Below are positions 18,801-26,633 of a stretch of DNA of 64,000 nt, piece by piece. The stretch spans positions 4,762-68,761 of the forward strand of contig JBIKPR010000004.1 in the NCBI GenBank assembly GCA_044357345.1, written 5' to 3'. The stretch comes from Bacteroidia bacterium (GTDB lineage: Bacteria; Bacteroidota; Bacteroidia; NS11-12g; UBA955). Under the pieces are notes generated by a model. It was not told the DNA's origin and did not search any database. It worked only from the letters and a program-made list of their open reading frames with translations. Position 1 is the stretch's first letter; the number at the start of each line of letters is the position of its first letter. The translations under genes were made by a program, and so were the position numbers.

Positions 18801-19810
18801 ACCAAGCGACACAGTGTTTTGATGGGCATCAATTCAATTTCACAAACAACAGCACAGTTGCAAGTGGAAGCATAAAAACAAACACTTGGAGTTTTGGAGA
18901 CCTTAGCACATCATCCGCTTTAAATCCATCTGGTAAAACCTACTCTACTTTTGGGAAATACACGGTCCAATTGAATATAGAGTCAGACAGCTTGTGCACT
19001 GATTATACCTCTCAAAACATTGAGATTAATCCGAATCCTAGCATCAATATTGAAAACATAAAACCTATTTGTTTGGGCCAAAGCACTTCATTTAATAGCC
19101 TTTCGAGCTTAGCAAATGGTCAAATAACAGATTACAATTGGGACTTCGGCGACAATACGTTTGGAAAAGACAGCAGCGCTCAACATATTTACTCCAACAG
19201 TGGAACTTACACAATTGTATTAAATGTAAAAAGCGACAAAGGATGCATTGCCAGCAAAACTTACCCGAGCGCTTCAGAAGTTTACCCTCTTCCAAATGCA
19301 CAATTTAATTACAGCCTAGAAGAAGGGGATCAAAACAATAGCTTGCTTAAATTCAATAACCAAAGCACACCAAATCCACTAAAATCCTTTTGGAATTTTG
19401 CTGCTTTTGGAAAAGCCATCCACGATACAGCATTATCAATTGAAGATACTGTTTCTGTTAAATCGAGTTTATTGGTAATTGATATAAATGGCTGCAGCAA
19501 TCAAATAAGTAAATCAATTTTTGCTTCAGGACCAATGTTGTTGTTTATTCCAAATGCCTTTAGTCCAAACAATGACCAGTTAAACGACTTCTTTAATCCG
19601 AATGGTCGCCTCAGCGCTAAAGAATACCACATTTATATATATAACCGTTGGGGTGAATTGTTGTTTGAAAGCAATGACCCAAAAATGGCATGGGACGGTA
19701 ACTATAAAAACGAAACCTGTCCCCAAGATGTCTATACGTATTGGATAGATTTGGTCGATGTTTTCGGCAAGCGCAAAACCTATAGAGGTACCTTTACCCT
19801 ATTGCATTAA
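15881..19810 (+). CDS. large secreted protein: RCC1-like repeats + multiple PKD-like domains + T9SS type-B (gliding-motility C-terminal) sorting domain
   Basis: Signal peptide MSFACIVMLVFISMQGIQAQ from ATG 15881. RCC1 repeats (YGWGANHKGELGDGT, GRNNSGMFGND, GTNSSGCLGTG, GWGPNYLGALGIG). Repeated WNFGDD/WDFGD...G.Y.I.L PKD signatures. C-terminus is FIPNAFSPNNDQLNDFF...IYNRWGELLFES...WDGNY. Confidence 0.8.
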   Translation: MSFACIVMLVFISMQGIQAQNSMVGDGFGGRKWYKPYNYTVGSYSAYTVCGDSNQLYGWGANHKGELGDGTKVHTNFPVKALGMTNVKYYSTGYNMGAIKYDSTGWIWGSPISNFPRKILDSVKFLDASSQVISFVKYDGTVWSVGRNNSGMFGNDSVNSGTITTPRKALNINTAVRVALSRSNMAILLTNGDVWVTGTNSSGCLGTGASPSTMEKIPVKITRLKKIVDIKGTAWNFIALDSFGKVFTWGSSSAIGTGSTKQDTPVLISALNDIVAISGCDDGSNIMALDANHVAYGWGPNYLGALGIGNNLNQSFNPVQITTDASDIMAGETFSYLVKLDGSLWAAGRSNGGSIWMNLKDSNRTTLTKIDPTIAPLNLCELPPFEGNYFRIKTILCVYDSIEFQAAKNDSFTNFHWNFGDDTTKFYGMEQKHKFQKTGIYTIRLFSERKSTGLKDTVIRYITIYDASYAPLFNGDTQCCDRIAFEKTPLVFDEDAQYTWSDGAISFKKYINYDGLHTLKVTDRNGCHYADSFKVILHENPKALFKADTYSMCSNSNGMIKFTNLSTSNDSIVRCRWDFTEDTLSTLDSVVYFKFKVADFKPVWLSVWTTYGCKSDTIDVFDILPAPKPLFDLTINDSCQYKNSITLLNKTLKDTIQNPRFKWYFSEGFILSNRNPTAPRIYTDTGKFYIDLIYTNTNKCTDTLRKFVHIYPHPKADFILNSPICSRDSIAFPNLSISNYKPIKAQWDFGDFKSSSLLSPKHKYNSKGYYTIKLRISSPQNCTDVISKNLVVYNPPKADFNINDSIQCLLGNVFKLSSTSTADTGNLVDQFWQYSDKSSEHADFPKNKSFSQAQKFSIKLNVTDIFGCTDSLLKWVDVRNGPVVDFSINDPSQCENSQNFNFNYRPIKTNDSIVNTEWRILSQSYLNQSTYSSNAFPLGKTSIQLILNTKYGCPGLNNKYIVVNPIPKANFTINQATQCFDGHQFNFTNNSTVASGSIKTNTWSFGDLSTSSALNPSGKTYSTFGKYTVQLNIESDSLCTDYTSQNIEINPNPSINIENIKPICLGQSTSFNSLSSLANGQITDYNWDFGDNTFGKDSSAQHIYSNSGTYTIVLNVKSDKGCIASKTYPSASEVYPLPNAQFNYSLEEGDQNNSLLKFNNQSTPNPLKSFWNFAAFGKAIHDTALSIEDTVSVKSSLLVIDINGCSNQISKSIFASGPMLLFIPNAFSPNNDQLNDFFNPNGRLSAKEYHIYIYNRWGELLFESNDPKMAWDGNYKNETCPQDVYTYWIDLVDVFGKRKTYRGTFTLLH

Positions 19811-19864
19811 GGCGTGCTAAAAATAGTAGCTTTAAAAACCACAATTTAGCAATAAATTTGCAAC

Positions 19865-20623
19865 ATGTTTTGGCTCGCACATCCGAAAACCTATGCTTTA
19901 ATCGTCTTGATTGTGGCGCTGTATAGTTTAAAAACCACAGCCTTATTTATATACAGACGACGTAACCATATTAAAGGTAAAGACAATTTCACCATAGGCA
20001 TCAACACCATTTATTATGTCATCTTAATCATTTTGATGATTGTTTTGGCGATGGCTATTTTGAGGGTAAATCTTAGAGAATTTTTTACCTCCATTTCAAT
20101 CTTGGGTGCGGCAATAGCCATTGTTGCGAAGGACTATTTTTCCAATGCCATCAATGGCATGATTCTCATGTTCAACAACCAAATTTCTATTGGTGACCAC
20201 ATACAAATTGGAGCCCATAAAGGAAAAATCACCCACATCAGTCTGCTTAATCTCCAAATTGTCAATGAAGAAGATGATTTGATTTATATTCCCAATACCA
20301 ATGTATTGATTCTAGACATCATTAACTACACCAAAGCGGAAAGCTTAAAGGTTAGCGTTGAATTTGTTGCAAAGGCCCATATAATGGATTCTATAGAATC
20401 TTTAGAATCCTATTTTAACAATGAATTTAATTCAAATCCAAATGTAGAAAAAGACTCTTTTCGATTGAAAGTGATCCACATAAAATACGAACGCATTGAT
20501 TTAAGAGCTGAGGCTAACCTAATTAAGCGCGACAGTGCAATGGAAAGACAATTCAAACGACAATTGGTGAATTCCTGGTTTAAATATTTGCAAAATGCAG
20601 ACAATAAACTTTCATCATTGTAA
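19865..20623 (+). CDS. small mechanosensitive channel, MscS family
   Basis: Three TM helices followed by AKDYFSNAINGMILMFNNQISIGDHIQIG..KGKITHISLLNLQIVNEEDDLIYIPN, typical of the MscS pore and beta-domain. Confidence 0.68.
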   Translation: MFWLAHPKTYALIVLIVALYSLKTTALFIYRRRNHIKGKDNFTIGINTIYYVILIILMIVLAMAILRVNLREFFTSISILGAAIAIVAKDYFSNAINGMILMFNNQISIGDHIQIGAHKGKITHISLLNLQIVNEEDDLIYIPNTNVLILDIINYTKAESLKVSVEFVAKAHIMDSIESLESYFNNEFNSNPNVEKDSFRLKVIHIKYERIDLRAEANLIKRDSAMERQFKRQLVNSWFKYLQNADNKLSSL

Positions 20624-20658
20624 GAAATAATAAGTGAGTTAAATTACAGCATTTATTA

Positions 20659-21852
20659 TTGAAAAAGCAGATCTGCATATTGGGCGGTGGTGCAGCCGCT
20701 TTGGCTTTGGCATCATATATCGATGTAAGTAAATATGAAGTGCATATTTATGAAAAGAACAAAGCGCTTGCAAGAAAATTCTTAGTTGCTGGTGATGGCG
20801 GATTTAACCTTACCCATGGCAGCAGCATACAAGACATTATCAAACAATATGAGCCTCAAGGCTTTTTAGACGATGCGTTGCATCAATTTAGCAACGATGA
20901 TTTCAGGGCTTGGCTCAAGGAAACTGGAATTGAAACCTACGTTGGCAGCAGCGGACGGGTATTTCCAATTAAATCAATTAAACCAATTGAAGTCCTACAG
21001 GCCATATTAAAAACACTTAAAAACAAAGGCATTGAAATACATTTAGGTATGCATTGGACTGGATGGAATAAAGACAATTTATTACAACTAAACGGTTCTG
21101 ATAGTTTAAAATCGGATATTGTAGTGTTTTCACTTGGAGGTTCAAGTTGGAAAGTAACTGGTTCAGATGGCACTTGGTTAGAGCATTTCAAATCAAAAAA
21201 CATTCAAAACATTGACTTTAAAGCTTCAAACTGTGCATTTAAAATTGCTTGGCCAAGCGAATTCATTATGCATCACGCAGGGAAAGCGCTTAAAAACATT
21301 ACACTTCGATGCAGCAGCAAAACCTTCACCGGCGAATTAAGTATTACAACTTTTGGACTAGAGGGAAATGCCATTTACCCACTCAGCTCAGAGATACAAA
21401 CGGAATTGGCAACTAGTGGTGAAGCCACAATATTTATTGATTTTAAACCCATGTTTTCGGAAGAAGCCTTGTTAAGTAAACTTGAAAAATCAAAAGAAAA
21501 AAGCATCTCCAACAAATTAAAAACTGATTTAAACTTGAGCAATACAGCCATTCAAATGATAAAAAACCATTTGAGTAAAGAGGTGTATTCCGATTATGCT
21601 TCACTTTCAAAGACAATAAAACAATTGCCTTTTAAAATTCTAGCTGCAGCGCCAATTGATGAGGCCATTTCTACGACAGGCGGCATTTCTTTGGATGCGG
21701 TAGATGAGAACTTCCAACTAAAACAAATGCCCAATCATTATTGCATAGGAGAAATGCTGGATTGGAATGCACCCACTGGTGGCTATCTCTTACAAGGCTG
21801 TTTTAGCATGGGGGTAAAACTGGCTAGGCATCTAAATGCCCAAGAATCTTAA
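20659..21852 (+). CDS. FAD/NAD(P)-binding flavoprotein, HI0933/BaiN-like family
   Basis: ICILGGGAAALALA dinucleotide-binding motif at residues 6-19 (this forces the TTG start). C-terminal GEMLDWNAPTGGYLLQGCFSMG is typical of this family. Confidence 0.72.
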   Translation: MKKQICILGGGAAALALASYIDVSKYEVHIYEKNKALARKFLVAGDGGFNLTHGSSIQDIIKQYEPQGFLDDALHQFSNDDFRAWLKETGIETYVGSSGRVFPIKSIKPIEVLQAILKTLKNKGIEIHLGMHWTGWNKDNLLQLNGSDSLKSDIVVFSLGGSSWKVTGSDGTWLEHFKSKNIQNIDFKASNCAFKIAWPSEFIMHHAGKALKNITLRCSSKTFTGELSITTFGLEGNAIYPLSSEIQTELATSGEATIFIDFKPMFSEEALLSKLEKSKEKSISNKLKTDLNLSNTAIQMIKNHLSKEVYSDYASLSKTIKQLPFKILAAAPIDEAISTTGGISLDAVDENFQLKQMPNHYCIGEMLDWNAPTGGYLLQGCFSMGVKLARHLNAQES

Positions 21853-22784
21853 GTTAATACATCGTAAGCACCCAAACTAAGCACGTCCATTACTGTATTT
21901 CCATTTGAATCGGTGTAAAATGGGCGCTTAAATCTTGCATTGTTAACGATTTCAGAACCAACATAACTGCTGCGGCTGTGAACTGTTTGGCCAAAGGTGT
22001 CGTCGTAGGCCGAAATCAAAATGTAAATTTCGACGTCTTTATCGACATAATCTTCAGGTGTAAAATCATTCAAAACACTATTTTCTGTAATGTTGTGTAC
22101 CAAAGTCCACGACAAAGCCAACATACTTATCTTGTCTATCTCTAAATCTAAGATCACAAAGCGTCTTGTATCGTTTCCGTTTTCATCATTTTCAACCCAT
22201 GAAAAATTAACTTTGGCAGTCGCTTCAACTAAAGTGCCTTTTTTGTTGTTGCACAGCATAAACATCAAGGCCTTTCCATCCTTAAAAGGTGAAATTAATA
22301 CGTTGGGCGAATATTTAACCCTGGCTTCTGGGCGGCTAAAACGACCGTACAAGGAGCCAGTAGCCAAAGCAAAGGTCATAAGACCTAAGAAGGCTTCATA
22401 TCCCGCTAAAGTATTACAAAGCATACCTTTGGGATGCAGGCCTCCATACCCAACTGTGGTAAATGATTGTAAACTAAAAAAGAAACATTGCCAATAGGCC
22501 ATAACACCCTCGCCTTCTATGCCTACGATGTTTTCAGGACCAATGATATAGTACAAACTTGCAAACAAGAAATTTGCACCAACATAAATTGCAAGGACGG
22601 TAAACCAATACGTACTCCATTTACAGGTTATCACCCACTGGTAGACGTGAAACTCTGTCCAAAAATTATTTTTGCGTTTAATGTTAAATGAGCCATCCGC
22701 ATTGATGCTTCGGTTTCGATTTCGTTCAATGCGGTTGTCAAACCCTAAATCATTTTTTGCAAGGTGTCTTGAAGGGATGCTCAT
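21849..22784 (-). CDS. inward-rectifier-type potassium channel (KirBac-like)
   Basis: Two TM helices flank a pore helix with selectivity filter TTVGYGG. N-terminal DGSFNIKRKN slide-helix region and a ~160-aa C-terminal beta-rich cytoplasmic domain. Confidence 0.78.
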   Translation of the reverse strand: MSIPSRHLAKNDLGFDNRIERNRNRSINADGSFNIKRKNNFWTEFHVYQWVITCKWSTYWFTVLAIYVGANFLFASLYYIIGPENIVGIEGEGVMAYWQCFFFSLQSFTTVGYGGLHPKGMLCNTLAGYEAFLGLMTFALATGSLYGRFSRPEARVKYSPNVLISPFKDGKALMFMLCNNKKGTLVEATAKVNFSWVENDENGNDTRRFVILDLEIDKISMLALSWTLVHNITENSVLNDFTPEDYVDKDVEIYILISAYDDTFGQTVHSRSSYVGSEIVNNARFKRPFYTDSNGNTVMDVLSLGAYDVLT

Positions 22785-22898
22785 AATGGTATGCTATTAA
22801 AACAATGAGAATAGGTGCAATTCTTTATATATGCGAATATAATTAATTTACATTTAAATTACCCAAATAAAGACACAGATTGCGCTTCAATTTACAAC

Positions 22899-23579
22899 TT
22901 ACAAAGTGATACTTGTAATCAACTGAAAAAAATGTTTTCCAGTTTCATCAAAATTACGGGTATCATATTGTCTAAGGTAACCAACAGACAATTGAAGATT
23001 CTCGTTGGGTTTTAACTGCATGCCAAACGACAGTCTATTTTTTTCAAATATAGACTGACTTGACAAGGTATAAGCTGAAATGCTATTAAAAAATTCATTA
23101 GCCAATGTTAATTTAATTTTACCATCTTTCAGAATTGGATAGGCCAATCCAAGTCGATAACGAATTCTAAATTTAAATGCCGAAGGGAATTTGCGTATTT
23201 CAAATCGATACCTATTTTCAATTTCCAGTTTTTTTACGCGTTGACTCAAAAACACTTGGGCTGTAACTCGGATTTCATTCGCCACTTGTGGAGCGTTAAA
23301 ATTTCCACCTGGGCTATATGTATTGTATTTACCGGCACCTAAAGAAACCCCGCAGTCCTTAGCGATTTGTTTTTGCAAGGATGCTTTGTACTCGTAATAA
23401 TGGAACTGCTTATAAAAGCTTAAAGAACGCAATTGGGTTTCCCCATTTATTGTCCAATCTTTTTTAAACTTATGTCTTAATTGCAACACATTCCATGTTC
23501 CCAAGTTTTGAGAATACAACCTGAAATTACCTTGTAAAAAAAGAATGATAAGAATGAATATAATCCTCAAAGATTTCAT
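22899..23579 (-). CDS. predicted outer-membrane beta-barrel protein (possibly DUF2490-like)
   Basis: Signal peptide MKSLRIIFILIILFLQG from ATG (CAT 23577-23579). Alternating aromatic/polar beta-strand pattern. The family name is from memory only. Confidence 0.45.
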   Translation of the reverse strand: MKSLRIIFILIILFLQGNFRLYSQNLGTWNVLQLRHKFKKDWTINGETQLRSLSFYKQFHYYEYKASLQKQIAKDCGVSLGAGKYNTYSPGGNFNAPQVANEIRVTAQVFLSQRVKKLEIENRYRFEIRKFPSAFKFRIRYRLGLAYPILKDGKIKLTLANEFFNSISAYTLSSQSIFEKNRLSFGMQLKPNENLQLSVGYLRQYDTRNFDETGKHFFQLITSITL

Positions 23580-23688
23580 GGAGCAAATAAACAAAAAATA
23601 AAAAGCCAATTCATAAGTGCATTATAAACTTAACCAAAAATTAATAATAGCGTAAATTTGTTAAAATAATTTCGCTGCAAAAAAAATT

Positions 23689-24846
23689 TTGAAATTGATA
23701 TTATTAAATAGGCTTCATTTTAAAAATAAGGAAAAATCACACCTCATCCTTAATGTCATCTTTACAAGCCTACTGATAGCCTGCTGCATCTCTGTTATAT
23801 GGCTCTCAAACCATGTTTTTAAAATTTCAAGTAAAGTTAAGCAAGACATGTTTCAAACCATGGATGCCAAATCGCCTGATCCTGGCAAAACGTCTGCAGA
23901 ACATACTGAAATCGATTCAAGTATTGAAAAAGTTAAGTTGGGAATTTATCTTGAAAGAATTGAAGAAATAGACATTAAACAATCTCGTTGGAATTATGAG
24001 TTCTACGTTTGGTTCAATTGGAACCCTAAAAAAATTGATTTTTTGGGCAAAAAAGACACTGAGCATGCAAACGAGTTACCTTTCTCCATAATAAATGGTG
24101 ATATCATATCTTCTGAAATTGTGCAGACTGCCTATGACACTGCCAGCAATTCTCAATATATTCAATACTTGGTAAAGGCAAGGAATACACAGTTTTTTGA
24201 TGTTTCGCTTTATCCAGTTGATCAACACGATTTAATTATACCTATTGAACACAAATGGCTTGACCGAAAAAGACTAGTTTTTGTTCCAGATACCGTTGAT
24301 TCAAAAATAAGTTCAAGGGTTAGCATAAATGGATACGAGCGAAATACCAACTGTAAATTGATTGAAAAACCCCACGCTTATAAATCGGCCAGGGGTAACC
24401 CATCACTTAAATCTGGTTACAAAGTTAATTTTTCTCAACTCAGAATGGCTATGAGAATTTCCCGTGGTGGATTGTCAAGTATTTTAAAGTTATTTATTGT
24501 ATTATACATTGCTGTTCTTGTTACTTTTATTGCGCCTTTTGCCTCGGATCCAAGTAGGTACACCGTTGGTGCGCTTTTCACAACAGCAGGTGCGAATTAC
24601 ATTCTAGCTCAAAAACTTCCCGCAGTAGAAATATTTACATTTGCAGAAATAATCAACACAGTTTGTTTGGTGATTATTGTCCTTATGATGGCCCTGCTTG
24701 CTATTTTGCCAGCAGTGATTTTTGCAGATGGAAATGCAGACCCTTATGAGAAGAAAATGAACAGAAGAATCAACATGACTTGTTTCATCTTCTTCATTGT
24801 AATTAATATCTTATTAGCTGCAATTGCCCTGCAATCAAACGGCTAA
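23689..24846 (+). CDS. pentameric ligand-gated ion channel-like membrane protein (tentative)
   Basis: Extracellular-domain start VKLGIYLERIEEIDIKQSRWNYEFYVWFNW. Cys-loop-position motif FFDVSLYPVDQHDLIIPIE (compare FPFDxQ), without cysteines as in prokaryotic homologues. Four C-terminal TM helices with an M2-M3-like QKLPAVEIFTFAEII. TTG start, so the start is uncertain. Confidence 0.55.
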   Translation: MKLILLNRLHFKNKEKSHLILNVIFTSLLIACCISVIWLSNHVFKISSKVKQDMFQTMDAKSPDPGKTSAEHTEIDSSIEKVKLGIYLERIEEIDIKQSRWNYEFYVWFNWNPKKIDFLGKKDTEHANELPFSIINGDIISSEIVQTAYDTASNSQYIQYLVKARNTQFFDVSLYPVDQHDLIIPIEHKWLDRKRLVFVPDTVDSKISSRVSINGYERNTNCKLIEKPHAYKSARGNPSLKSGYKVNFSQLRMAMRISRGGLSSILKLFIVLYIAVLVTFIAPFASDPSRYTVGALFTTAGANYILAQKLPAVEIFTFAEIINTVCLVIIVLMMALLAILPAVIFADGNADPYEKKMNRRINMTCFIFFIVINILLAAIALQSNG

Positions 24847-24940
24847 AAAGGTATAACAAAAAGTTTCTACTCAAATCCAGAATCTTAATCCTTTCATAAT
24901 GGAATAGGTTAAGTTTAAGCAAGAAACTTAATTAATCTTA

Positions 24941-25330
24941 GTGGTCTTAAAATCAAAGAAATTAAGAATTTTTCACTCCACCGTAGTAAACTATTCTAGT
25001 TCGGACGGCATACTTGATGGGCAAACATACAAAAACAAACGTTTTTACATCACCCTCAACGTGGTGTACTATTCCGCCACCCTGTGGCATCCACCTTATA
25101 GTATCTACCAACAGTTCCTGTTCGACACCATTGATTCAATGCATAAGGAAGGCAACTCCTATATCAAAATAGCCCAGTGGATGAATGAGCAAGGACACCT
25201 GACCCCTAGAGGTTCGGTCTTCAAGCCCAACCATGCATGGTCTATTCATATGAAGAAGAGGAAGAGCAATGAAAGGTTCTCCCGAACCTATGATTCAGAG
25301 ATCACCGATATCGGGATCGACATTATATAG
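24941..25330 (+). pseudogene. fragment resembling the recombinase domain of a large serine recombinase
   Basis: YIKIAQWMNEQGHLTPRGSVFKPNHAWSI resembles the IA..LN..G..TPRG..W motif. There is no catalytic domain or zinc ribbon. GTG start. It converges on the resolvase remnant and overlaps it by 8 nt. Confidence 0.4.
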
Positions 25331-25892
25331 TACTAGCCTTCTCCTTCAACATAACGTCCACCTTCTTAACCTTTTGTATGGTTGAGGGGCTGCACTTCAT
25401 GATGCTAACGATCTCACTATGGGTGTAACCGCTGTTGAGGTATTCTAATATGGTCTGCGTTCGCTTCTTCTGGATGAACTTCTATGGTGTGTCATTGGTG
25501 CCGATAACACGCCCCCTGTAAAGCTTCTTAGCCTTGCGGATCTCTATGCCTTCCTTTTGGCGTTCCGCAATGAGGGTCTTTTCATAGCTCGATAGGGATG
25601 CAAGCAAGTTCAACAACAACTCACTGAATGGGTCAGGCTTGCCGTTCTCATCCATGTTCCTCAACGCTGGGTTCCTGCTCACCACGGTGATTCCCTTTTC
25701 GGTAAGTTCCTTCCAAACCGACAATACATTTAAGGTTGATCTCCCAAGACGTGTAATATCGTGCACTTCAAGGTGGGTTAACTTATTATCATCAATCAAC
25801 CTCTTCAATTGGGAACCATATGGTCGTTCATACAATGGGATCAACCCGCTGCATTTATCTTCCATCACCGTAAATTCTTCGGCATTATCCAA
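25323..25892 (-). pseudogene. decayed small serine recombinase (resolvase/invertase): N-terminally truncated and interrupted by an in-frame TAG
   Basis: The catalytic-domain core is present (EDKCSG...ERP...HDITRLGRS...ERQKEGIEIRKAKKLYRGR), but the N-terminal Y.RVS catalytic-serine segment is absent. A stop lies 1 codon upstream of the TTG. An in-frame TAG at 25482-25484 is followed by 52 more in-frame codons encoding the HTH (ILEYLNSGYTHSEIVSIMKCSPSTIQKVKK) before TAA at 25323-25325. Confidence 0.7.
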
Positions 25893-25895
25893 AAT

Positions 25896-26381
25896 TTATT
25901 GGTTACTGTATGTATATGTTATAGTATAATCAAGACCAGGAATTCCCCCAATATCTAAAAATGCTATGCCATCTACAACAGTGCTAACCTTTAAAGTTGT
26001 CTCATCTAATTGAATAATATTCTGAGATTCTCCACCCCTTGTAAGTATTGTTTCAGAGGGATGAAAAACCCATGTAAATGGAGTGCTTTGAGGGTTTGAA
26101 GTGTAACATTTTGTTGCACCCTCATCATTAACACCTGTTCCACCTACATTATATTTATCTGTATCATCTTTTGAACAAGAAGGCATTTGAGCAAAAAAAT
26201 CAGTAATTTTTGGTCCATCAATACTTAGTCCAGGATTGATTGTTAATGCTGTCGATTTCCAAGGTTTTGATGTAAGAAGCTCTGTTTTGGTTTTGGCAGG
26301 TGTTGTTTTTTCATCTTCTTTTTTACAAGACGATATGGTCAAGAATGCCAATGCGGCAATAATTAAGGTGATTTTTCTCAT
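25896..26381 (-). CDS. lipoprotein, lipocalin-like domain
   Basis: Lipobox LTISSCKKE, followed by the TELLTSKPWKSTAL pattern typical of Bacteroidota lipocalin-like domains. 161 aa. Confidence 0.55.
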   Translation of the reverse strand: MRKITLIIAALAFLTISSCKKEDEKTTPAKTKTELLTSKPWKSTALTINPGLSIDGPKITDFFAQMPSCSKDDTDKYNVGGTGVNDEGATKCYTSNPQSTPFTWVFHPSETILTRGGESQNIIQLDETTLKVSTVVDGIAFLDIGGIPGLDYTITYTYSNQ

Positions 26382-26633
26382 TTGTTAATCAGCGAAATTA
26401 AAGATTAAATTTGAATTTATACCTATTGCACCTTTCAGATTGATTTTAGTGTTTTAATATCAATCATTAAAAATATTCATATTAAAAATTGATTTAAATT
26501 GACATTGTTTATTTTATTTATTTGTTTCTGTGTATCAATCCCATTCCTGCAACAATTTTATTGGTAAGGTTAAATATTTTAGATCGCTTGGAACACCTGT
26601 AAACACAGGGGGACCAGATTTTATCCGAACGAT

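Noticed and set aside
25482-25892. Functional resolvase/invertase driving phase variation
   Set aside because: The catalytic-serine N-terminus is missing and an in-frame TAG precedes the HTH. No flanking inverted-repeat pair around a promoter was found. It is treated as a pseudogene.
26382-26633. Hidden small RNA or tRNA in the AT-rich glmS-lipocalin spacer
   Set aside because: Only a weak 5-bp hairpin (CCTGT-AAAC-ACAGG) was seen. There is no cloverleaf and no strong structure.
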